DNA from: Takakia lepidozioides | Taxonomy: Eukaryota; Plantae; Bryophyta | NCBI GenBank assembly: GCA_030704615.1 | Contig: CM060732.1 | Span: 48,298,001 to 48,362,000, forward strand | DNA: 64,000 bases | Direction: 5' to 3' | Part shown: piece by piece, positions 11,236 to 22,332 of the stretch | How the letters are laid out: each line of letters starts with the position of its first letter | Numbering within the stretch: position 1 is the stretch's first letter | Notes under the pieces: model-generated | The model's database searches: none | Seen by the model: the letters and a program-made list of their open reading frames with translations, nothing else | What the model was told of the DNA's origin: nothing | Program-made: the position numbers and the translations under genes

Positions 11236-13742
11236 AGCAGGATCGCAAGCAGGACCTGTTGCTTGCCCCATAGCAACTCCGCAGTTTGGAACGAACAAAG
11301 GTTCTGCAGCATCCACCATGTACTTAGGATCTCCTCTGAGATCGGTGTGCGAAACCCTTCCGCCCTCGGGGACATCATCATCCCCGCGCTCCAAGACATC
11401 TCTCCCGGTTAATTTCCGGCAGGTTCCAAGAAAATTGACGACGACGATGACGTGGCTACGATGACTTGGCGAGGCTGAGTGGCTACGAAACGTGGTGACA
11501 ATGACGTGGCACTATGGAACTTATTCCTGCTCTACGATTAAACTAGACTCCGACCTTTAGTCGTCGCTAGAACTATGGTACCCAACCCCTTTTATAGCTG
11601 TCATGATGGGTGACATCAAACATACACATGTAGTACAAGGGAGAGGCTCTTATTTAAGTAGGCTAACTTCGGTCTGGATCATCTCTCCAGACATATTTGC
11701 TTTGCTGCTTGCTGGTCGCATTTTTTTGTGGATAGTTTTGAAAGGTTCTTCAATTCAATGCAAGTTGATCTTGTAATAGCGAAGGTCTTGCAGAACACAT
11801 GATTTGAGTTCCGCATGCTTAGAAATTCTCAGCTGAGATGGGATGTGAGAGCAATTGATGAGAAAAATCTCCACAAGTAATCACGCAACAATCTCTTACG
11901 TGCAGGTATCTCTGATGCATACCCTCCGTATGAAGTAGACACTGAAAAAAAGTTCTATGATTTCTTCCTCTTCGCTCTCTACGTTGTCTTCGACAACTTG
12001 GAAGATCTGCAAACTGTGGACATCACTCAAATCTGTCACTGACCAATCCACTCGATACGTTGTCTAGGTTCCTAAGTACAATTTTCCACAAGCCACTTTC
12101 ACGAATTAAGTGAATGCATATACAGCACCTGCAAGTACTTCAAAATTTACAATGCTCCAACTTACACGCTGTCCAGCTGCTGCCATAGAGGTTGAATTTT
12201 CTATCACGAAGATGAAATATTAAGCAGCATAGTTACCATTTTCTAAGATGGTCATGACCTCTACTTTTGTGTGACCATTCCACTGACAGCTTAATATCAT
12301 TAATAGACTCTGGAAAAGGACTTCGTGACGAGAGTCCCACCTAGAGACAAACACTTATAAAAAGTATGCAATCCTTGACCTGTTTCTATTTCCCAAATTT
12401 GAAATTTGAAATTTGGGGTTGTTACCAGTACATAATGTATCAGCCGGAAGAGACTTTGCAGATCAGGTGGCATGCAGCGAGATAAAGTAGGACCAAAATT
12501 CCGCGATCCCTCATCCTTCTTGCATGCTGAAGACGGCCAGACTTGTGGAGCATACGGCAATTTCAGGCCCCTCACCGTAATTTGATACGTTCACCGGACA
12601 GTAGAGACCAATGGGTATGCTGCTTGCACACACCACAATGCCGCCTTAGTTTGGAATGTATTCATTTCGCTCGCCACAGACCGCTTGGGTATAATACGTA
12701 CGTTGCACAGGACCCATGGATTCAAGACTCATGGTTCTTAGTATGTACGGACTTTGGAAACCATATTGACTTCCAACTAGACGTTGTAAATTTTGCAGGG
12801 TTTTTCAGGGACATAGAAGATGGCCATCTTCTCAAAACTGCTGTCGGTGACTCCGTACCGAGCTACGTACACAGAACGGTTCCTATCGAGCGGAGAGATA
12901 GTACAACTGCGAACGATCAACCCTCGATCAACGGGTCAAGAGAAAACGCTCATTCCTTTTGAGAGGATGTCCAGCTTCCACCAACAGAGCCCCCCGTCAG
13001 ATCCATCCTATAGGTATATCAGGAGGAAGATAACAGGGCTATCTCACTGCTGCAATACTCCCGTTTGCCTTACTGACCTCGACCCAACCCTCTGTATTGC
13101 GCCTTTTATACTTGAACACATTGCAAAACTTTTGATATGCACTTTCTCAAGAGAAAAGCTATGGTAGGGACGTAGGGACTAGGGACCTCCCCCCCCATAA
13201 TCTGTGGGATCCAGGAGATATTTCTGCAGTCTGGCAGAGAGAGAGAGAGAGAGTGTGCCACTATCGAGCCATGAGGAATCGTGCATCCAGGGCTCATCTC
13301 ATCTACGAACGAACGCGTTCATTTGCATGACAGGGATGACGTCGAGATGATTGTGAGTGTGTATCACTTCGGAATAGTTATATATTATTAATACTATATA
13401 ATAATTGTCCACGTGTGATAGAGCGCCTCGGGGGGAGACACACGATTCTGTCTCTAGAAGCGTTCCGCCGCTCCTGCCTATCTGCTGCATGTCTCATCCC
13501 ACACTCCACACAGGAAGATCGAGAGAGAGAGAGAAGAGATGGAGTGGGGGGTTGGGGAAGGGAGGAAGAGTGTGTGTGGAGGTTGAGGGTGTGTTAAAGA
13601 TGAGAGATAATTTTGTAGAATCCGATGCGAACAGTACCCACCTGGCACCGCCGGGCCTCCTTGCTTGCTTCAACTCTTTTCTGTGTCTCTGAGGGATCTA
13701 GCTGGGAATTGATGAACTGGAAGGGATTGAAATCCGAGAGAA

Positions 13743-16289
13743 ATGAAAAGGGTTCAAGGAGAAGCGGATGGGTCGGTGGTGGATGCAGCCCGCCACTACT
13801 ACTCTGACCTGGAGGGCATGATGGCAGCCCATCCACCTCCTCTTGCCATGGTGGGCATGGGAAGTTTGCAAGAGGATCAAGTTTCGATCAAGTCGGATGA
13901 CTACTCGGTCCCGCGGGTCAAGTTTATGTGCAGCACAGGGGGCCGGATTTTACCGAGGCCGTTGGATGGCCATCTGCGCTATGTAGGTGGGGAGACGCGC
14001 ATTGTAGTGGTGAATCGGAACATCATGTTCGCAGATCTCATCGCAAAGCTTGGAAAGCTATTCGGGCGCAGCCTCTCTCTCAAATATCAGCTGCCCAATG
14101 AGGACTTGGACGCACTGGTATCGGTATTGTCTGACGAAGACTTAGAGAACATGATGGAGGAGTATGACCGATTGGAGGCCCGTCCGGGGCCTGCAAGGCT
14201 GCGATTGTTTCTGTTTCCATCAAAGCAGGCGGCCAGTGCACCACCACTTGTTGATCATGTCATCGAGTCCAAGAATCAAGAGCAGCGCTATATGGATGCT
14301 GTAAATGGGGTGACCGCGGCCACGGTCCACCTTACGGCACCACAGCTGCCTGCCGCTGTGCCTGTAGCTGATTACTTATTTGGTCTGGACACCGTGGAAC
14401 ATTGGAACCACGAACGAATTCCGGTTGTGTCGCAGCCTGTGGTTGTGGCCAGCATTTCTTCCCAGGTTGTACATTGCACAGGTGAACTTATCAAGTCGGA
14501 CGGTGTGGAGTTCACGTCTAATGCCCCACCTAGCCCTATGGGCTTTTCTCCGGTGGTGGATCAGCCAGAGTCAATTGAAAGAAACTATGGCTATGTGCAT
14601 CTGACTGAGATGTTCCCTGGGAAGTTCAGTAACATGTCACGCCAATACTCAGAAATCCTATCAGATGCAGGTAGCCCACAGGAGTCGGGAGGCTCTGCAG
14701 CATCATCCATCACAACTCTGTCAGGTTCCGAAGGTGGAAAGGCATTGATTGACTCTTCGCAGACAGGTGCTGCAGCTGAATCTGCGTCAATGGGACATGC
14801 GGCGGCCCACAGACAGCAGAGGATGCCAGGTGAAGATGATACTTTACAGACAGAGGCTGGTTCTAGTTCCAGCAACCCGGACCTGGCAGATCAGGAGCCC
14901 ACTGCTCATGCAATTGCATCGACAGGCCTGGGCAGTGAATATTCTGAACCTAGGCATCTTTCAAACATTGCTCATGATGGTCCCACATGTCCAGACACGG
15001 AAAACTCCAATCTTGAAGGGCAACCTCAGCTACAGATCAAGCCCCATATGTTGACAGGGCCAGCACTCAAAGTGAAGCAGACCAATCCAGTGCAGGGTGG
15101 CGGGAGGCTAGTGGAAGACGAGTCTCGTACCGAAGTCCAACCTATTGGTGATCGGTGCCCTGAAATAGTTGGAAGACACTCTGATTTAGCGCCGCTGCAG
15201 ACAGCTGTAGATTCATCGGGAAAAGAGCAGGGATCTGGCCACTTCGGTTTTGATGGACACCATCAGCCTGGGCTTGAAATGGACGGGGATGAGCTGCCTA
15301 GGAAGTACTGGAAAGCAGCTCCAGAACCTGTACAGCAGGACCATGTATTGAAGCAAGAGGCACAACACCCTGACAGTCCAACCCGTGTGGAGAAGAATTT
15401 TGATTATAATTACCTGACTGTTCAGCACATTAGCAGTGAGACTTCAGATGCCTTCTCGATAGACTCCCAAAATCAAAGAGAACTGGAGCCTTCGCAGGCT
15501 GAGTTCGGTGCGATGCCTTATGGAATCGATCAACCGGTTCTACAGCATCACGCAGAGGTATTCTCATCGCAAGAGCGACTAGCCTCACCATTCCAAACGC
15601 CCTACTTCCAAACTCAAAGTCCAATGAACCTCGACTCTCTGTCCTATTGGACGCCTGAGCGAATTCCAGATCCTTCCTCCTCCACCAGCCATTTGTATCG
15701 TCCATCTCAGTTCCCAAACAGAAATATGCCGCAAACTGTACTTTTAGCACCCGGATCAAGCACTCAAACCTTCCAACGTGCAGCGACTGTGCCATCGAGA
15801 GGCACCACCCGCAATGAAATGCTACCCAGACATGCCATTCCGACGGGGGCACACTCAGGCACTGCCTACCATCGACAGTCCAGTTTCTCGAATTTTGGGG
15901 ACCCCCGCACTCCGCTTCCCGCCACCCGCACGCTTCTGAGCTCTGCACCTGCCGTCCCAACCAGGTTTCGTGACAATCTCTGGACACAGTCCGAGGAGCG
16001 CATACTACGGGGCCCTCCCGTGCAGCAGCAGCCTGTGGTGGGTTCCAGACCAAATTTGCAGCACGATGCTGCCCAGGTGCCTTTCCATGTTGCTTTCGAC
16101 CAAGGTTCTCCGCCGGACATGTCTTACAAGCTCAGTGCACCACTGTACAAGGGTGTCAATCCTTTTCAGGAGGCAGATTCTCCCTTTCCAGAAAGCTCAA
16201 GCCTGTTTCCAGTGCCTGACTCGCAAAGTATCATGGCTCTCGCTGAAGGCAGGCGACATGCTGTCGCCCACCCTGGCATGTGGAGTTAG
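13743..16289 (+). CDS. PB1 (octicosapeptide/Phox/Bem1p) domain protein, intronless, with a long low-complexity C-terminus
   Basis: 848-aa open frame containing the canonical plant PB1 domain KFMCSTGGRILPRPLDGHLRYVGGETRIV...LKYQLPNEDLDALVSVLSDEDLENMMEEYDRL..RLRLFLFP. GA-repeats lie upstream (13237-13253, ~13520). The true start may be a downstream Met. Confidence 0.92.
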   Translation: MKRVQGEADGSVVDAARHYYSDLEGMMAAHPPPLAMVGMGSLQEDQVSIKSDDYSVPRVKFMCSTGGRILPRPLDGHLRYVGGETRIVVVNRNIMFADLIAKLGKLFGRSLSLKYQLPNEDLDALVSVLSDEDLENMMEEYDRLEARPGPARLRLFLFPSKQAASAPPLVDHVIESKNQEQRYMDAVNGVTAATVHLTAPQLPAAVPVADYLFGLDTVEHWNHERIPVVSQPVVVASISSQVVHCTGELIKSDGVEFTSNAPPSPMGFSPVVDQPESIERNYGYVHLTEMFPGKFSNMSRQYSEILSDAGSPQESGGSAASSITTLSGSEGGKALIDSSQTGAAAESASMGHAAAHRQQRMPGEDDTLQTEAGSSSSNPDLADQEPTAHAIASTGLGSEYSEPRHLSNIAHDGPTCPDTENSNLEGQPQLQIKPHMLTGPALKVKQTNPVQGGGRLVEDESRTEVQPIGDRCPEIVGRHSDLAPLQTAVDSSGKEQGSGHFGFDGHHQPGLEMDGDELPRKYWKAAPEPVQQDHVLKQEAQHPDSPTRVEKNFDYNYLTVQHISSETSDAFSIDSQNQRELEPSQAEFGAMPYGIDQPVLQHHAEVFSSQERLASPFQTPYFQTQSPMNLDSLSYWTPERIPDPSSSTSHLYRPSQFPNRNMPQTVLLAPGSSTQTFQRAATVPSRGTTRNEMLPRHAIPTGAHSGTAYHRQSSFSNFGDPRTPLPATRTLLSSAPAVPTRFRDNLWTQSEERILRGPPVQQQPVVGSRPNLQHDAAQVPFHVAFDQGSPPDMSYKLSAPLYKGVNPFQEADSPFPESSSLFPVPDSQSIMALAEGRRHAVAHPGMWS

Positions 16290-19140
16290 CTGGCCACACC
16301 CACGCCAACCCAGCAGCATGCCATTCTTGTACAGTGAATTCCTCAAACCCCATGTTTGGATGTTTGCATGTGACAGTTAGACAGCTTGCTTTCAGCTGTT
16401 TGGAAGTCTTGCAATTCTAATCCATCTTAGGAAGATCAGAGTTGCCCGCGAATACGATTTGGATTGAACCCCCACTCCCTGATATAAGCTAAGGTAAATG
16501 TAGTGAACGGTTGTTTAGGATTAGGAAAGGTTTTGTAAACATACCTGTATATGTTATTCTGCAAGCTTTAAGTACTAATGGTGGATGATTTCAGTCATGA
16601 GACACAGGTACCTGAGCTCAAGAATGCCTTTTTCTGCACACCTGTATACTTGTTCCAACTCAGTATAGGGACTGCCATCATCCCCGCCCTTCTCTCTCTC
16701 TGGTCTGCGACCCTCACAAGACAAACTGCAATTTGCAGTTTCTTATATGATCCATTAAGGATAAGCTCAACTCAATATAAGACACTACCATCTTCAGAAG
16801 ATAACATATCTCAGTATACAAATTGCAATGAACTTTCTTATATGCATCTCAGGATAGGCTCCGGAATTCTGAAGCTGAGCAATGAGAGTCTGGATCCGTC
16901 ATAGGCAGTACGCCACTCAATTGGTGCACCGCACACTCATCCCAAAGTTCGTTCTTCACGGATGCTGGAGTAGACTCTATTTCAAGGGTCAGTTTGAATT
17001 GCCTAACCAATGTACTGGGTTCATGAATATGCCCTTAAAGAGGAACAACACACCATTGGAAGATCATTCTTCCGGGCTTCAATCCAGTTGCAAGTTCGCA
17101 AGGTCTTGGTAGATCCCGTATGTGCCGGATCGAGTAGCCATTTGAGTTGACTGACTAGGTCCTCTTGCAAACTCCCTACACTTGCATTTTCCCAGAAATT
17201 TTTTTCTTCGAGAGAAATTTCTGCAATAGATTACCATCGGTCATGGTCCGCCAATCCAGGCGGGAATCTAACCCCCCTCATTTTCTCCTTACACTCCAAA
17301 TGACACTTGTTCAGTAGCGCCTTGTAAGTTAATCATCACAAGCTGCTTGGTGGCAACGCATCTTCTCAGCTTCGATCTTTTCCCAGTCCAGATGACTAGA
17401 TCATAAGCAAGGATGTTTCAGCCCTATCACGTAACAAAAGCTATTAATAACCCGTACTTGAGATTATTTTTACATCAATCACACGCTTTCAGCTGGGATC
17501 TTCTGCACAAGTCTTTGTTCCATGGGTCCCAGCAGGCCTTGCACAAACGAGCAGAGTCGGTGGTGGAATGATACACAGCCCACTCACTATACCCCAACCC
17601 TAAAGCTTTCTGTCTGTAAAGAGATTATGACTGGCGCACTAATTTACAAACCATTTGCACCCCATCCAATGGCCCGCACACGGCATCTACGTCTTCTAGA
17701 GTACAAATTGCAGCTCCTTCCCTAGATATCTTCCACTGACTTTCCTTCTATCAGCACACACCTTATCCCAATCCTCCTGCGGACAGTTTATTCCCAATCC
17801 TCGTGTGAGTCCCACAGGATCTGCAACAGGTCTCTGCAACAGAAAAGGCGTGCATTAAATGAGCATCCTGAATTAGCTCCAGTAACGTCACAACAGTCCT
17901 AGTCTAACAGATTCTTCAATGCAAGGATGAGGGTGGCGGCCATGTGGCTTCGATCCAACCAGCCGCCATCGCCGTCGTCCCGGCAGCAGCGAATCCTGCT
18001 TGCAATCAACACTTGCCGCATAAGCTTACACCCGAGCCCTTATGTGGCAGGCACAACCCACACAAGTGTATCACAACAGAAGCCGGCATTGTTATGTGTG
18101 CCATCGGAGAACCCACAGCTACTGTCCACGTCTCGGATCAGGGCAACCACCTCTCAACGGTAGTGGGTCCCCTGAACAGGCAACTACCTGTCTCGCCTGG
18201 TTCAATCTTTCTGCATCACCATAAGCCTAGCGGACAGCAAGTCCCATCTAAACACCCTCCAACCTTGGCGAACGCGCTGTAGGTATCCCGCTTCAGTTTG
18301 AGATGGAAGTCAGGACCAACAACTGAGTCTCACTCTATCGACATTTGCAGAAAACGCATGCTTACTGTACACTCTTTCTTAGCTGCCATCATGATACCCA
18401 GTTGCTAAGATCGATAACAAACTTCTCGTCTTGGCAGTCTGACTAACAGGAGGGTGGTGGCGTTGTTATTCAAATACGTTTCAAGCTTTGGTGGTGCAGC
18501 CTGGTTCGTGCAAGGTTATTGTCATAGCTGCTCATATGGTTTTCCCAGACAATCCAGAGATCACAAAACCGCAGTAACAGCACAGAGGATATGTCATATC
18601 CAACATGCAAATCTGGTAGCATCGAGAATGCACTAAGAGTCGTCAACAACTTCGTGCACCGAAAGGGTTGCATGAGAAATGTAAGGATATGGTCAGCTTG
18701 GGTGTTGAGGTGTTCGGGGCCGCTCATCCTAAGATGAAGAACTGTCTTCACCTAATCAAATCTTATCTGCAATTCCATGGCCAACTACGCTGAGTACAAG
18801 GCTTTGCGGAGAGGGAGAGAGCTAACTCTCTAAGCATTTTATTGTTTTGGTAGACATTTCCATAACCACATGAACATACATCTAATCAGCATTGATGGCA
18901 CCTGTCAATTGTGCCCTAGAACGCAACCACTTGACCACAAAAGATTCTGAAGCCGACTCCCAAAATTGAAAAAGCAACAGGCCTCACACTCAGGATGATG
19001 CAGGCCATCTGATGAATAATGTGTTCCTCTACCAAGACTTGAAATCACACCTTCTGGGGAATGTCAAACTCAGCCCAGCCCCCCCAGCTTCACCCTGTCA
19101 ATTACCACAGATGAAGCTGCTTTCAGGGTCCTCCAAATGA

Positions 19141-20560
19141 TCAGCATGCCGAATGAAACCAGGTCGGTTGCATAGTGAGCACTTGGGTAGCCGCTGCCAG
19201 CAGGCAGAGCACAAGTCTAGACAAAAGTCCCCTCAGACTCCTCAGATCATTGATACAGGCACATTCCTCACATCTAGCAAAGCACAGGAAACACCCACGG
19301 CACATGTGAATTGCCACACTTAGGTGCTTCAATGTTAATAGCCCATCTCATCACAAGAAACTGAGTGATGCCCATTGCGGTAGAACTGTGGTTTCCTTGA
19401 ATCCTTCTGTTGAGGTTGTCTGAGACCTCCAGATTGCAGCATTAACTGCAGAGTGTCCAGACTCTCCCTTGTGACCCCATAGAGCCCCCAGAATCAGCTG
19501 TAGGCCAGGCATGGCGGCCACCCGATCACCAGTGTGGGCCTTCACATTCCCTCCGCACTTATCCTGGTACACCCAGGAAGACGAAGTTGCATCCACAATT
19601 GCAAACACTAAACCTGTCAATTCAAACAATGGAAAACAGCTAGCTGGCTGTTTTGATACCTTTTTAAGGTGCATTTTGAGTGAAGAGCATTGACAAGGGA
19701 TGAGGCCACCAAAATTTCAGTCAAAAGTCAGCCTCAAAATTAGTAGTGGCTGGCACATCAATCAAATTTGAAGGAAAAACATAGTGTTAGAATTCATTCG
19801 GAGCCCAAAGCACATGGGCTGCTGGTGCTACATAAGTGGCAGTCCATCACATCCATTACCGGCAAGGCTTCTCACACCTACTCTTCTTTACCCCAAATTA
19901 GACCTACACAATCTGCATTAACCACTCAGTAAGCCTTGCCACTAGGTGTAGATTACTGTCTCTCAAACGAGCACCACAGTAAAGTGTCTCGAGCAGGCAA
20001 ACGCTGGCCTCCACAGACCTACCTTTGAATGATGGCATAAACCCTGTAGCAGCCACATCATTTGATTTCTATGGACATTTTCCCACAGCCACACAGCTTG
20101 TCTGGTTTTGGGTGCTACCCCTAATTGAACGTTGACATATTACATGCGATTAGGGCATAAATTCATAGCAGCTATGTGCTGCTATCGAGAGACTAGTGGT
20201 CCCTAGTATGACTGGGCTTAATTTCTACATTAGGTCAGATTTTCAGCAACCCAAAGTCAACAGCTGTGGAAAAGAATGTTTCAGACATAGTAAGGTAGTC
20301 GGTAGTCATAGGAGTAAATTCACATACCTTCCAAAGCATAGGTTTGGTCACAAGAACTCTCTCGAGGCCCTCATCAGTTATCTTTGCACACTTCACCAGA
20401 CGGAGACACAGGAGTTGACCCTGGGCTCGGCCGACAAGCTTTATGAGAGCTTCATTAGTAAGCCTTTTGTTTAGGGGAGCATCCACACGCAACCGCTGCC
20501 ACAATAACGATTTGCTAACCCTCTCCACAGCTAGCAGATCTTGCAGGCCTAGATATGGAA
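19141..20560 (-). pseudogene. F-box protein, SKIP14/SKIP28-like, frameshifted
   Basis: Exon ~20560-20328 reads YLGLQDLLAVERVSKSLLWQRL..LTNEALIKLVGRAQGQLLCLRLVKCAKITDEGLERV. A middle exon reads L.LP-CTRISAEG. The Cys-rich end reads CRGCFLCFARCEEC..LCSACWQRLPKCSLCNRPG across frameshifts. Confidence 0.75.
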
Positions 20561-20569
20561 ATGTGTAAA

Positions 20570-21450
20570 AAAGTCATTCAGGAGAGCCTTCCGGTCCTCC
20601 ACTTGCATGTCACGCCCACATGTAGGGCAGTCTCCCTTTCCCCAGTTCCTCCGGATTGCTGACACTTTGATGCTGAATGTCTCTCTCACTCTCCTCTTTT
20701 TAATGCCCTTTACTTTTTCCTCCCTTGACCTCGTCATTGCCTCCTTGCAATACTTGTGCCCCTCCATAGTCTCTCCATCCTCCCATGGGAACACTTTCGT
20801 GCGCAACTGATCTCCACAGACCTGCCATTGCTTGTCCCCCTCTGTGGCCGACCACCAACATAGACAAGCTTCTAAGGATCGCAGCACTAGAGGTGAGTTA
20901 GGGCAGAATATGAACCAAAAGATGCTCAAAGGTGAAAAACATAAGTAAGATTCAGAAGATTCCACTCCAACAGCCAAAAGTGGGTTTCTAATGCATCATA
21001 ACGTCCAATAAAAATGAGTCCTGCAGCAATAAGCTGCCAAGCTTTGGACAGGATAAGAAAAAGAGCAAATTGAGTGGGAGAAGAGGGAAGAGGGAGAAGA
21101 GGAGAGGGAGAAGGTTTCAAAAAAGGGTCTGCTGTTCAAAGAAACGAAGAACGGTTCTATTGATACATTGAAAGTAGGTTGAACCGAGAGTCTGTAGAGA
21201 TGCTTCAGGAGATTCCACCGCATGATATAAACTTTGGAAGAAATATACCTGCCAAATGAAGCTGAAGTTGGAATAGAATTAAACAGATGACTGAGAGGAG
21301 AGAAAACACATGGTTTCAGGCTACTTGGAGCTGTGAAAAAACGAATCCAAGGATTTTTCAGTTGGGGAGCACCAAGAGCCCCAACAATTGGGTCACAAAT
21401 AAATGGTGATTTATTTTCTAAGGAGGGCACTCAAGACTTTCAGCCGCGGC
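20570..21450 (-). mobile_element. Degenerate non-LTR (L1-like) ORF2 3' fragment upstream of, or interrupting, the F-box gene
   Basis: Broken frames rich in W/F/P/S (PWIRFF, MRWNLLK, CPTCG) resemble post-RT L1 regions, and F-box homology stops abruptly at ~20560. Confidence 0.35.
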
Positions 21451-22332
21451 CCATGAAATTGTGGCGAGAAACCCACTGCAGATCCTAAACTCTTGCTTTA
21501 CACCCCCAATGCTTGAAAAACAGAGAAAGGAAAGGTTGGGAGTGTAGAGCAGGTCTAAAGCCTCGATATCCACCATGCCACCCACCACAGATTTATTACG
21601 GCAGCAACTAACTCACAGAATTTGTTCAGTTTCTACTACTTGGGTGTTCTATCTTTTAAAACAAAAAAAGCCGACTGATCAGCACTGCTGTCGACTTACC
21701 TATATACACACACACAAACCTCAATGGAAGACTGCCAGCCCAGATGAGTGCACAGCTGTGGTGGTGTAGGCAAGCTAGGCTTGCAATACGACCAGTGCTG
21801 TACCGTACCCACAACGTCGCAAGATGAACAAACAAAACTGTAACCATCTCACACACAACATCCCTAGACAAATGAACGAAACGTACACGATTACAAACTA
21901 TCGTCCGTCTCACGCACCTACTCACCACTCTCCTCAGGCTATACATTACACGTCACATCATGCTACAACTGTCTGTCGAGTTCTCGTTAGCTCTCATGTT
22001 ACGTCTTCAAAACAAAATGAAACATGATCTTGGGAGAATCTGTCCTCCACACACTTGAGAAACTTACACAAGATCTGAGTTGCAACACGCACAGACAGGC
22101 AGAGTAGAGAAGAGCTGCCTGTTTACATCACTCATCCCGGGAGTTCAGATGCAATACAAAATTGGATAGCATGAAAAACATCTGGGAGTTTGACAACCAT
22201 AACCCAGGGCTATTCTCTGAACCAATGAAAGGTTCTGCTCATGGTAACTATCTACAAGGCACTGATAGCCTCCCATAGACTCTTGCAGCTCCACCACCTC
22301 AATTTGAGCAGTCAAAAGATGATGGAGAAGGC

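Noticed and set aside
11041-11464. Two ORFs on opposite strands with identical N-termini (MKMWSRVDLLR)
   Set aside because: This is an artefact of the perfect inverted repeat.
13237-13535. GA dinucleotide repeats as a novel element
   Set aside because: These are ordinary promoter/5'UTR microsatellites upstream of the PB1 gene.
14380-16380. Overlapping and antisense ORFs in the PB1 gene
   Set aside because: These are shadow frames of a GC-balanced CDS with no recognisable motifs.
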